From the NCBI GenBank assembly GCA_051453625.1, contig JBOZIK010000001.1, positions 26,486,180 through 26,506,179 on the forward strand: a stretch of DNA of 20,000 bases, in the 5' to 3' direction. The position numbers and the translations under genes were made by a program. Under the pieces are notes generated by a model that did not search any database, was not told where the DNA came from, and worked only from the letters and a program-made list of their open reading frames with translations. The DNA is from Welwitschia mirabilis (Eukaryota). Position 1 is the first letter of the stretch. Each line of letters opens with the position of its first letter. Below, piece by piece: positions 1-10,994 of this stretch.

Positions 1-927
1 CTACCTTCGAAATACTAAGAAAAGAAGCATTATTAGAAATACTTACCTTTTGACTTACATTTGTCTTAAAAACTAGATGGTTTTCTAAAGTCCTCCTTTT
101 TATTGTATTTATGTACAAGAATTCTCTTTACTCTTTTTATAATGAAAGCAAGTTTCTCATTTTCATCATCAAAGTTATCTTATTCCTTTATATTTTCTTT
201 CAATCTTTGATTTGTGATTTGGCCTAACATAAGTGCAATAGGTTTTTCTTTTAATGCTTCATATTGTATGAGATTAATTTTGTATGTTGTAAGAGTACTC
301 TCTAGCTCTTCTATCTTCATTGTGTTGAAATTTCTAGATTCTTTCATAGCTATGGTCCTCAGCTTGTATTTGGAGGTTCGTGATTTAACAACTTTTTGTA
401 TTGCCTTTGCTTCTAGAAAATCTTCTTTAGTGCCTCATATAACATTCATGATGTTTAAAACTTTGGTAAAATACTCATGAATACTTTTTTCATAGTTCAT
501 CTTAAGATTCGTGAAATGATTTGTTTAAACTATAATCTTAGATTATTTCACAATAGACATGCCTTCATGTATTCCAACTACAAAATTCCAAATTTCTTGA
601 ATCATATTACAACATAATATTCTATTGGACTCTTTTGCAAATAAAGTGCATTTTTATATTTAGAGTAATACATGAAAGTAGCTTTTTCTTTGTCGACTAA
701 TCTTTCCTTTTCTTAATTTGAATAATGGTATTGCCTGCAACATTTGTAATAATCTTCATGAGATTTGAGTATTCCTCTTCTATGCTCTACTATACTTAAA
801 ACTTAGAATACTATAAGTACACTTTCATCCTTATCTTTTAGTAGGCATATTTTATTCCATTAAAAAGCAAAGGTCTAATGGATGGCACATGTTCCATTTA
901 TCACTCAAGGAAGTTACTTCTTTTCAT
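1..927 (-). pseudogene. gag: Decayed gag of Sirevirus-type Ty1/copia element 1 (runs off the left edge)
   Basis: Minus-strand translation from the ATG at 927, with a frameshift, gives ..MEHVPSIRPLLFNGI(N)YAY*KIRMKVYL*YSKF*V**SIEEEY. This matches the Sirevirus/copia gag N-terminus (RPPLFDGxNYxYWKxRM..VW..VExGY). It has many stops and is collinear with the gag copy at about 11900-12830. Confidence 0.88.
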
Positions 928-935
928 GAGTACCC

Positions 936-947
936 AATTTGATACCA
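936..947 (-). promoter_or_regulatory. Primer-binding site (tRNA-iMet type), element 1
   Basis: The minus strand reads TGGTATCAAATT (consensus TGGTATCAGAGC), 2 nt after the LTR end and just before the gag ATG. Confidence 0.8.
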
Positions 948-949
948 CT

Positions 950-2448
950 TAAGGATCATTTAACTTACAAGAGAGGGATAAATGAATTCCACCAAATAAA
1001 ATTTTAAATCAAATTACTAAATGAAAATGCATAATAAAAATGCCTTATCAAATAACATGACTTCCCAACCTAGGTATGTCCACATACAAAGTGTAGATTT
1101 TACTCACACCTTTAGATATTTTTAACCTACAAGAAATAGTATTTTTTTAGTGCACAACTAAGCTTACAACAAATGAGATTCTTGTTGCAAGGTAGTACTC
1201 TTTGCCCATTAAGGGAATGGTGGTTTTCATAGGTGCACCATGAATTTTTATAATAGTAAGAGTTTGCTTGCAAGGTAGCACTCTCTTCCTCATAAGGGAA
1301 TAATGGTTTTTTGACTCACCAATAACCTTACATTAAATAAGTTCCTAAAAGTACAATCTCAATTACACACCCTTATAAGGACTAACTTAAAAAGTATTTA
1401 GATGTTCAATAATGGACTTATAATTAATATTCAATAATAAGATAGTTCATAATATAAATCACAAGAATAAAAACAATAAAAATCCTAAAAGTATTGCTTT
1501 AATGATGATTTAAGATCCTTGATGATATTGTCATCATTACGAGTATGAATGAAGATAATAGAAATGTAGATCTAAGATCAAAAGATGAAATCAATACAGT
1601 CTCCTTACTAATGATTCCTTGATTCTATGTGAGGAGTTACTTTCACTAATGCATTCATTGTTCTTAATCTGATCATTGTGTGCTAAGATTTAAATCTTAA
1701 TATTCATTATAGTTTTAAAAGTTATTCTTTATTTTATGATGTTAAGGCTTTATACAGTTGAGAAAGATCTACTTATTTGAGCTTAAAAGGTAACCATTTG
1801 ACTTTGTAACCACAGCATAATAGATAGAAAACATCTAGGCATTGGGCACATAAGTTTAATTTTAATCAATATGAACTTTGATCCAAGATGTCTTTATTTT
1901 TATAGACATCTACTACTAATCAGATGTTTTTACCTTGTAGTTTTCTTTAGTCAAACTTACCTAGATTTTAATGAATTTTTCCCTGTAATATCTTAGGCCT
2001 CTATAATCATGAATTCATGATGTACAAGCTCATAGCTAACCTAAAATCCAATATGTTAGTCAAAAATAAAATTAACTCTATTATCTATTTTGACTAGGTA
2101 TAAATGTCTTTAAATATGTAGATCTCTTTATCTATGTTATATTAAACTTTCAACTTAGTCATCTTGAATATGATAGTTATCTTTTAGCCTATGACTTGAT
2201 TTTAGTACATTCAAGATGTCTTCATCTTCCTAGACATCTTCACTTAAGATATCTTCACTCAAGAAATCTTTGATCTTTTAGACATCTTCAAATAATTAAT
2301 CTTGCAGTTTTAGCATTTTATCCTTTTTATGAAATGTTATCTCTAAAGGTCCATCATAATCTAGCGTCTCTCAAGGTCTAATGTTTTAACCTATCTACAC
2401 AATGATATAATTTGCCAGATGAAATCATCAAAACTAGATTTACCAATA
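950..2448 (-). mobile_element. LTR-A: 5' LTR (~1.5 kb) of Sirevirus element 1
   Basis: It aligns along its length with 4815-6318 and 13797-15275, and with 12853-13584. It abuts the PBS. A degenerate C-rich terminal motif (plus strand GAGAGGGATAAATGAAT, cf. ATTCACCCCCCTCT) is present. Termini are decayed TG..CA. Confidence 0.9.
1176..1311. repeat. Imperfect tandem duplication (~84 bp period) in the LTR U5 region
   Basis: GATTCTTGTTGCAAGGTAGTACTCTTTGCCCATTAAGGGAATGGTGGTTTT is followed by GAGTTTGCTTGCAAGGTAGCACTCTCTTCCTCATAAGGGAATAATGGTTTT. The same doublet occurs near 5050-5183, 13085-13216 and 14030-14166. Confidence 0.75.
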
Positions 2449-3049
2449 GCACTAGTATGGACTTATTTTTTTCCCATTATAATAAGGTTTTTTTGTTGTT
2501 CTAGTACCAAAAAGATTAATAGAGATATGGGATCTTAGTTTTCATTAGGCCAAAAAACATAAAGCAAGTGAAATTAATAGACATATAAGTTTGTTATCTT
2601 TGAATCCAAAGTGAAATATCTTACATTTGCCTATAAATTTTTGATAATTTTTCATTTATTTTGGAGGCTTTGATACTTTTTTTTATAATTTCTTAAAAAT
2701 GACTCCATCCACTCATCATCAAATTAACATTGACAAATGATCCTCTCCTAATCACAACTTAGACTAAATTCCATTACAATTAAATTTGTTATTAGACTAA
2801 TTCTATTTTTCATAATATGGAATGAGTTATCATCCTAAGAATGAATTACGTAGTGTACTCAATCTCTGTGATACCCTAATAACTTCTCATAGTAATGTGC
2901 ATAATCATTTTTTACAAATTGATTATAAGATATTAAGTACTTAAGACCTACATAAATTTAGGAATTATGCCAAAAATACTCTCTAACAACTAAAAGACCT
3001 GTATCATAGCCTTAAAGATTTTTAAGATACCTTTAAATCACTATAGTAT

Positions 3050-4814
3050 AGAGTAAAATCCATAATTGAATAGAGGTAAGATAGTATTAAATATTTTATG
3101 ATTGTATTTCTATAAGATTTTTAAAATATTTCTAGCTATGAAGCTATCTGATCAAATTTAAAGGAAGTGATGGCATCACATTTAATTATGTTTCAATGTT
3201 AGATGTAACATAGCCTCCCATACTTAGATATACATTTATCTATTCCTTTAATGTAGCTATGCTTAAATAAGATGTGGCATATTGACTTTAGATCATAAAA
3301 GAAAAGTATACACCTTAAAACATATACAAATCCTTAATTATTTAGAATATCATAATTAAGAAGACTCTAATGATAAATGGTTGACTTGAAAAATTTAACC
3401 TTCACCTTACAATATAGATATCACATAAGTTTTCATCCTAGAAATTTACTATAGAACACATTCACCATGTTAGAAACCTAGTTCCTTCTCTATCAAAGCT
3501 TATATGATCATCATGCTTCATACTTAGGAAAGAGTATTTCTCCAATACACATATAAGGTCTGTCTTGTCTTTTTGAAATACCTCTGGATAGTTCTCATAA
3601 GTAGTTTTATCTTACTTCTTTCTAGAAGCAGCAAATTCTATTTTAACTATTTTCATAAAGATGGACTAGAAATTCAGTAAAATTATTCTTCACTATAAGA
3701 ATGGATCTTTAACCAAATATGAGATCTTCTATAAGGGTTTTCCCATTTCTAAATCTTTATATCATAGATAATTGTAGATATATTCAATCATATTAAATTA
3801 ACTTCTAAATAATCAAATATTAAATTGAGTTCTATCATATATCCTTATATCTCCATTAGATGTAATGTATCTAGAGTTTCTTAAAGTTACTCTGAACTTT
3901 CTAGGTAAGTTTTATTATTATAATCTAAGCTTAGGTCCATGAATTTCTTAACTCATGTTCTATTATTTGCTTGGGTATTTTTACCTTCTCTTATGAATGA
4001 AGGGGAATTCTATTCTAATTCTTTGTACATGTCCATAGGAAATTATGCTTAATTTAATTCACTCTATTAAGCATAAATGATAAGGAAGATGAAACCATCA
4101 TAGTATATAGGGGTTGGATACTTAAAACTGTCTGTAAGAGTATAAGCTTATCTGTAAAGGACAAAAACTTACCTTTTCATGTTGTAAGTCTATTCTTCAT
4201 TTTATGTAGAGTTAATTACTAGAGGTTTATAGTTATGTAATCAAGAAAGAGTATTTGTCTAAGATATGTAGCCAAAATGGTCTGTCTTCTTTAGCCAAGA
4301 ATACATTAAATATAGTAATCTCTCTTATCTTGGTAATTGACTATGAAGATTCCTATATTTTTTAAATTAAGTTTAACCTTATGATTTTGTAAAATAAATT
4401 TTAAGGCACTCTTAATTCTTTTAATCTTCCAGAATAAGCACCTCAAAAAATATTGGGACTTCATGCATGTATATTAAGATTTAGAAATTTCATGAAAATG
4501 AGGAAACTAACTTGATTTTTTTAAGGCATTTATTTATATTATATACCATTAAATAAAAAAGGTATAGTAATAAGAAATTATCCTATCAAATACCCATTAT
4601 TAGGTGGAAGTTCATGGAAGCTTTATGACCCAACTAGATTAGGAACCTATTGGTCTTAAGAATTAAATTAATAATCTTTTTAAACTAGTTTAAAAACCTT
4701 AAACTCTAGATAGTGAAATTTAAATAGTTATAATTAATCCTATTATATTACTTTAAGAGATCTAATTTTAGCATGTAAATTACTTTCTCACTCTCTATAG
4801 CTAATGTAGAATCT
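3050..4814 (-). mobile_element. L1-type LINE ORF2, 3' part (RT core, post-RT region, zf-RVT), decayed
   Basis: The minus strand gives MLKLDLLK*YNRINY (cf. KLDMxKAYDRVxW), GI**DNFLLLYLF (GIRQGDPLSPYLF, 4556-4594), KNRLTT*KGKFLSFTDKLILLQTVLSIQPLYTM, HNFLW..HS*EKVKIPK, and RCILFFYDLKSICHILFKHSY (zf-RVT). The left boundary is approximate. Confidence 0.9.
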
Positions 4815-6318
4815 TAAGGATTGATTAAACTCAGAGGGGAGGAGTAAATGAATTCCATCAAATAAAATTATTTAAACTAATAACAAAAGTATATGAAAAT
4901 GCATAATTAAAAACACCTTATTNNNNNNNNNNNNNCCCCAACCTAGGTACACCCACAGATAGAGGGTAGCTATCACTCACACCTCTGAATATTCTTGACC
5001 TATAATAGGCAGTGGGTTTTTGGCACATCATCAATCTTACAACAAATAAAAGTCTTCTCATAATGTAGTACTCTCTTACCCTCAAGGGAATAGTATTTTT
5101 CATAGGTACATCATAAATATTTATAATAATTACCATCTCCTTACAAGATAACACTCTCTTACTCACAAGGAAATAATAGTTTTCTAGCTTATCAATAATC
5201 TTACATCAAAAAAGTTCCTAAAAGAATAATGTTAAAAGAACACTTCTACAAGGGTTACCTTAAAAAGTATCTGATATCTAAGAAATTAAACTTTACAAAA
5301 ATATTCAATAATAAGATAGTCCATAATTTAAACCAAAGTACAACATAACAACAAGCCTAAGGATATTACTTTGATGAAGATTTCACATCATTTAATTTGT
5401 TGTTATTGTTATAAGGATAAATGAAAAATGTAGGAATGTAGATCCAAGGTCAGATAATGAAAGTAATGCAAGCTTCTAGCTAATGAATCCTTTAATTTCT
5501 TTGTGATAAATGCCTCTACTCATGCATGTATATCTATAATGAAGTTCAAAAGTTCTTTCTTAGATTTTTGATATCAAAGCTTTATAGAGTTAAAGAATAT
5601 CTAGTCATTTAAGCTTAAATGATAGATGTTTGATTCTGTAACCATTGTTCTAGTCAATTAAGCTTGAATGATAGTTCTTTGATTCTATATCTATTTTGTA
5701 ATGGATAGCTAATATTTATTCTTTAGGTGCATAACTTTGATTTTAATTAATTTGAACTTTGATCTAAGACATTTTTAATTTTATAGATGTCTTTGCTCTA
5801 GGCGTCTTTACTTTATAGACATCTCCAGTCAAATTACCTAAAGTTTAATGAATATTACTCTATAGTATTCTTGGATATTTTGATCATGATTTCATGATGT
5901 ATAAGTTTAGAGCTCATCTGAAACATAAGATATTATTTGAAAATAATATTAACTTTATTACTTATTTTAGCTTATTATAGATGTCTTCAAATACATAGAC
6001 ATCTTCATCTCTATCAAGTTCAACTTTTAGTTTAATCATGTTAAATATGGTAGTTGTCTTTTAGCCTATGATTAGATTCTAGTACATTCAAGATGTTTTT
6101 AAATTTTAAGATGTTTTCACTTGAGACATCTTCAATTTTTCACATGTCTTCAAATAATTGATTTTGTATTTTAGCATCTAATCCTTTTTTTGATGTGTTT
6201 CATCTAAAGATCTATCATGACATAGTATCTATTAAGATTTGATATTCCTATAATTCCCTATCTACATAATGACAAAAAATATTTGATAAGTGGAATCATC
6301 AAAATTAGATTTTCCACA
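4815..6318 (-). mobile_element. LTR-B: 3' LTR of the Sirevirus insertion
   Basis: It is homologous to LTR-A, C and D. On the minus strand it directly follows the PPT (..GGGAGAT|TGTGG). No PBS follows it; LINE sequence does. Confidence 0.9.
5580..5587 (-). promoter_or_regulatory. Putative LTR TATA box
   Basis: The minus strand reads CTATAAAG. The position is conserved in LTR-A (~1748-1757) and LTR-D (~14578-14585), just downstream of the palindrome-rich U3 block. Confidence 0.5.
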
Positions 6319-6339
6319 ATCTCCCTCTTTTTGATGATG
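6319..6339 (-). promoter_or_regulatory. Polypurine tract
   Basis: The minus strand reads CATCATCAAAAAGAGGGAGAT immediately before the LTR TG. This matches the Sirevirus PPT signature (AAAAAGGGGGAGAT-TG). Confidence 0.85.
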
Positions 6340-7087
6340 TTTAAACTTGGTAATTTCTATAAGTGCAATCTCATCTAATCAACTAAAATTAGACATATAT
6401 ACTCCATACAAAATACACATAATTACTAGTTGCAATAGTCATGATATAAGCCAGTTGAAATTTAAAAAAAAAAAGAAAATCATATAAATATTTATGCCAC
6501 TTAAAGGACCATAATATGACATATTTAAGAAACTTGTGGACAACTTGATAAAATACACAAAAATAGATGATAAATCATTGTATTCTCCATTCACATATGT
6601 ATATAAAGAGTGAAGCATAAAAAGTGATAATCTATCCATTAAAATGTACTAATGATAATGTGTTGTATTTTGTATCATTAAGCTAAATTGTGTGCTAACA
6701 CTATATTATATGAAATGTGATCATGCAAATGATAATTAATAAACATCGGAGTAAGTAAAACAAATATGTTATTATCATATAAATCCATTTTAATCACTAG
6801 AAAATTAGATTATTGCATATTCAAAAGTGTCATTAAAAGCATATGTAAGCATAATATTAAGAACGAGAAATGTATCAAACATTATACATGTATTAACAAG
6901 ATGGAATGATAAAAAATGTCAAATAATACAAATGTATACCAAAACATTAAAGAGAAAACATTAATATAAATGATAATAGTCATAGATCTAATCTAAAATC
7001 TCATAATCAAGAACTCAAATCCCAATAATGTGTCCTCAACCTAAAAGCTATTATTCCTAACTAATCTTTCAATAATTTGCCATAAAA

Positions 7088-7103
7088 TTCTCCCCATTTT
7101 TGG
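7088..7103 (-). promoter_or_regulatory. Upstream extra PPT-like copy
   Basis: The minus strand reads CCAAAAATGGGGAGAA just after the env-like stop. Multiple PPTs are a Sirevirus hallmark. Confidence 0.6.
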
Positions 7104-7122
7104 AAATTAAGAAAAAAATGCT

Positions 7123-10016
7123 TTAACCACTGAGAGCTAAATCACTCATGTATTTCTCACCTTGGTCTTCTTCATCACTATTATAGATCGNNNNNNNNNN
7201 NNNNNNNNNNNNNNNNNNNNNNNNNNNNNNNNNNNNNNNNNNNNNNNNNNNNNNNNNNNNNNNNNNNNNNNNNNNNNNNNNNNNNNNNNNTCACCTTGGT
7301 CTTCTTCATCACTATTATCACTATCGTGGGTGGTGAAGGTTTATTAGATGTATGATAATGAGGAAGTAGGAGGTGAAGTGTGCCTCTTCCTAGAGTGGCA
7401 TTGTGAGGTCTTATCAAGGCCTTCAAAGGCATATTTCCTCATATATTGATAAGTTGAGAAGTAAAGGAGGTCCTAAAGAAACTGTTAGTCTCTGTAAAAT
7501 GATAATGAAAGTTATATAGATGAGAGTTGTTNNNNNNNNNNNNNNNNNNNNNNNNNNNNNNNNNNNNNNNNNNNNNNNNNNNNNNNNNNNNNNNNNNNNN
7601 NNNNNNNNNNNNNNNNNNNNNNNNNNNNNNNNNNNNNNNNNNNNNNNNNNNNNNNNNNNNNNNNNNNNNNNNNNNNNNNNNNNNNNNNNNNNNNNNNNNN
7701 NNNNNNNNNNNNNNNNNNNNNNNNNNNNNNNNNNNNNNNNNNNNNNNNNNNNNNNNNNNNNNNNNNNNNNNNNNNNNNNNNNNNNNNNNNNNNNNNNNNN
7801 NNNNNNNNNNNNNNNNNNNNNNNNNNNNNNNNNNNNNNNNNNNNNNNNNNNNNNNNNNNNNNNNNNNNNNNNNNNNNNNNNNNNNNNNNNNNNNNNNNNN
7901 NNNNNNNNNNNNNNNNNNNNNNNNNNNNNNNNNNNNNNNNNNNNNNNNNNNNNNNNNNNNNNNNNNNNNNNNNNNNNNNNNNNNNNNNNNNNNNNNNNNN
8001 NNNNNNNNNNNNNNNNNNNNNNNNNNNNNNNNNNNNNNNNNNNNNNNNNNNNNNNNNNNNNNNNNNNNNNNNNNNNNNNNNNNNNNNNNNNNNNNNNNNN
8101 NNNNNNNNNNNNNNNNNNNNNNNNNNNNNNNNNNNNNNNNNNNNNNNNNNNNNNNNNNNNNNNNNNNNNNNNNNNNNNNNNNNNNNNNNNNNNNNNNNNN
8201 NNNNNNNNNNNNNNNNNNNNNNNNNNNNNNNNNNNNNNNNNNNNNNNNNNNNNNNNNNNNNNNNNNNNNNNNNNNNNNNNNNNNNNNNNNNNNNNNNNNN
8301 NNNTAAGTTGAGAAGTAACGGAGGTCCTAAAGAAACTGGTAGTCTCTGCAAAATGATAATGAAAGTTATATAGATGAGAGTGATTCTACCTGGATTAACT
8401 CTATGTGAGAAGATGGTCTTGATTATGGATACACTATAGGTAGTGAAGGTGCATGTGGTCCCCATGAGGGTCCAGGTCGCGCGGGCGGATTTTTTAAATA
8501 GTGAATAAAATCTTATAATGTGGATGATATAAGANNNNNNNNNNNNNNNNNNNNNNNNNNNNNNNNNNNNNNNNNNNNNNNNNNNNNNNNNNNNNNNNNN
8601 NNNNNNNNNNNNNNNNNNNNNNNNNNNNNNNNNNATGTGGTCATCATGAGGGTCTAGGTGGTGATGGTGGATATTTAAAATAGTGAATAAAATCTTATAA
8701 TGTGGATGATAAAAGATAAAAGGTGAAGCATTTGAGCTCTTACACTCTATTACCTACAGTTCTAACCTCTATTATGAAGGATCTAGAGCCTATGACTCCC
8801 CTAGAAGATGTGCCCCTATAAAAGTTTGGTACTTTCCTTGAGTCTGTATCTCATTTCTAAAAGACTCTTCTAAAGATTCATTATCTAATTCCCTGCTTGA
8901 GTCATAACTTGTGCCAAATGGAGCTAAAGTTTCTACTTCTTTTTCCTTTAACTCCTCCTTTGATTCTAATCATGTGGGAGTCCTCATGGATTCTCAACTC
9001 TCTACTAGTACCTCTCCTTTACTTGAAGTGGATATTTATTTCTTTAGCCTTAATAAGTTTGTTTTCAAATTTGCTAACCATTTTGTGATTACCTTTAACT
9101 GATTTTTCACTAATGACAAGTTATGAGTGGTAGTTGAAAATGATCTCCATATCTATGGTGTCCTCCTGCTTATGCCCTCACCTAATGTCACTAGCACTTT
9201 TCATTTTTTTACCGAATTCTACTAATGGTTTCTTATAATAAATGAGGTTAACTTATGGCATTAAAAAATCTACACTACTAAGGATCAAGCTTATAAGACA
9301 TATATGGCCCAAGGTTATCCCCTTCCAAAATAGTGAAATGATATTCATACATAATACAAAACCTAAATCTATCTAAAAATCAGTGAATAAATAGTATATA
9401 ATAAAAGTCTACATGGATTTATAGTAAGTATAACTATCATCTCTAACTAATATGTTATAAAAAGTTGCTAAATTGATAATTAAGGCATTAGATACATGTA
9501 TTTTCTTTCAATATCTTTAATAAAATTAATTCTACTATGCCCAAATAAAACATTTCTTATTTGATGCTGAGGCTCATTAACCATCCTAGAACTAAATATT
9601 TCTTTAAAATAATAAATGTAAAACTATGAAGCATTTATATCATCTACCTTAAGTAATGAATTAATAAAATGTAGAATTATATGTAAATTTGTACCTCTAA
9701 TTTGAATTTGAAATGCACTAGTATTATCATAAAATTCATGAATATTTTCCATAGAATTCTCTTATCACTAGATATTAAATAGATTGAACAAGTTATACTA
9801 TCATTTATAAACAAGCTAAATAAAGTAACTTATGAGAAAATTTCTATACCTCTTTTAAAATTCAAGGATTCTTTCTGCAATGATTAAGTTTTTAAATAAA
9901 TTTTTAAATCTTCTTTCCATTAACTCATGATAGAACTATAATTCATATTATGATCTTGATTGTTCTTAGGATTGTTTCTTATCCCTAGAGGTTTTTGTTG
10001 TCTTTCTTCTTATCAC
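7123..10016 (-). pseudogene. Decayed env-like (extra) ORF of the Sirevirus element
   Basis: The minus strand gives ERRFKNLFKNLIIAERIL; LVIREFYG(N) (~9749-9772)..QIRGTNLHIILHFINSLL; FYNILVRDDSY..FIIYYLFTDF*IDLGFVLCMNI (IDLG ~9361-9372); and PY.CLISLIL. These match the LVREFYAN / VRG / NILPR / IDLG / LPY motifs of plant env-like 'putative transposon protein' domains. A coiled-coil-like segment and acidic tail end in SDEEDQGEKYMSDLALSG*. The length is inflated by three N-gaps. Confidence 0.75.
7191..8634. other. Assembly gaps (7191-7290, 7532-8303, 8535-8634) with duplicated flanks; other gaps at 4923-4935, 10701-10800 and 13585-13684
   Basis: These are N runs. The sequence before each of the three gaps, and before 10701, reappears directly after it. 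Confidence 0.95.
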
Positions 10017-10119
10017 TTTTACAAAATATAATGAAGAACTGATAAAAGATCAATTAAAATATGAGAAACTATGAAAAATAAGGAACCTTTTTATAAAAAT
10101 CATTATTTGTTTATACTAT

Positions 10120-10545
10120 TAAGATGTCTCAAGAATTCAAGATTTTTAACCAGAGAAGTCTAAGAAAATGCACCTTGGAAATTTACTCTAGAGAGACGCA
10201 TGTTAAGTGAGGACTTGAAAATAATATTTGGTGGTTTCTTTTTCTATTAAAAATATCAGAACCCTAGCTTTTTGGTTCATTTTATATTTATAATAGTACA
10301 ATCAAAATGTCTATAAAATTTAAGATGTCTAAAACACAAGAACTAGATGTATATAATGTTTAAGATGTCTATTATAAAAACATTTCTAATACATTTGCCT
10401 ACTACCAAGATGTCTACAAAAATTAATATATCTAATTCAAAAAATTAAAATAGTATACTTGTCTTTCTAATACATCTAAAAAAATCAAGATGTTTAATTT
10501 CAAGATTTCTTTAATAGAGATGTATACAAAATTAAAGATGTTTGC
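10120..10545. repeat. Cluster of AGATGTCT-type motifs in the linker upstream of the env-like ORF
   Basis: About nine copies or variants (AGATGTCT, AAATGTCT, AGATGTAT, AGATGTTT). The same motif is arrayed in the LTR U3 regions. Confidence 0.7.
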
Positions 10546-10994
10546 AAAAAAATTTCTAATTTTTTTAAAAATAATATATGACCATTATAATCATAACAAT
10601 AATAATAAAGAAGATAAAGATCACACACATAATTTTACTTTAACTACATTAGGTACATCTAATTATAATCTCAACTCATAAAATAAATTCAATGGATTTG
10701 NNNNNNNNNNNNNNNNNNNNNNNNNNNNNNNNNNNNNNNNNNNNNNNNNNNNNNNNNNNNNNNNNNNNNNNNNNNNNNNNNNNNNNNNNNNNNNNNNNNN
10801 ATCTAATTATAATCTCAACTCATAAAATAAATTCAATGGATTTGAATGTTAAGGATGTTACCTACTTTTCTTACTTGATTAGGCAAGGCCAAATCTTCAA
10901 GTTTTAATACAAATTAGTATATCCTTTAGTGGCTTAAGATTTTACAATTTTATTGACAAATAAATCATTGTTGCATTAGGTTATAACACCATTA

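Noticed and set aside
214..480. Plus-strand hydrophobic 88-aa ORF (also 8897-9102)
   Set aside because: These are antisense shadows of the A-rich minus-strand gag and env-like frames, with no independent support.
2449..3050. Possible inverted LINE 3' end: the plus strand gives WxxRNxxxF-like (~2600) and W..P..IK(I)NID RNase H-like (~2700) fragments
   Set aside because: It needs several assumed frameshifts. The minus strand gives equally weak alternatives (a WxxRN-like motif near 3060 and an endonuclease-like YVFWPN..IIMG near 2465-2570). It cannot be resolved by eye and needs a profile search.
4918..5166. Short ORFs inside LTRs or UTRs (also 6439-6639, 10490-10907, 13308-13493, 14692-14892)
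   Set aside because: They are not kept open in the homologous LTR copies and show no recognisable motif.
7162..8465. Long ORF-track entries (259-317 aa and neighbours)
   Set aside because: They are open only because they run through N bases.
8475..8490. CpG-rich spot GGTCGCGCGGGCGG in a CpG-poor window
   Set aside because: It lies in the pre-gap duplicate. The post-gap copy reads GGTGGTGATGGTGG, so it is most likely base-calling error at a contig end.
10300..10545. Regularly spaced short repeats resembling a CRISPR-like array
   Set aside because: The unit is only 8-9 bp, spacing is irregular, there are no cas genes, and the context is a eukaryotic retroelement.
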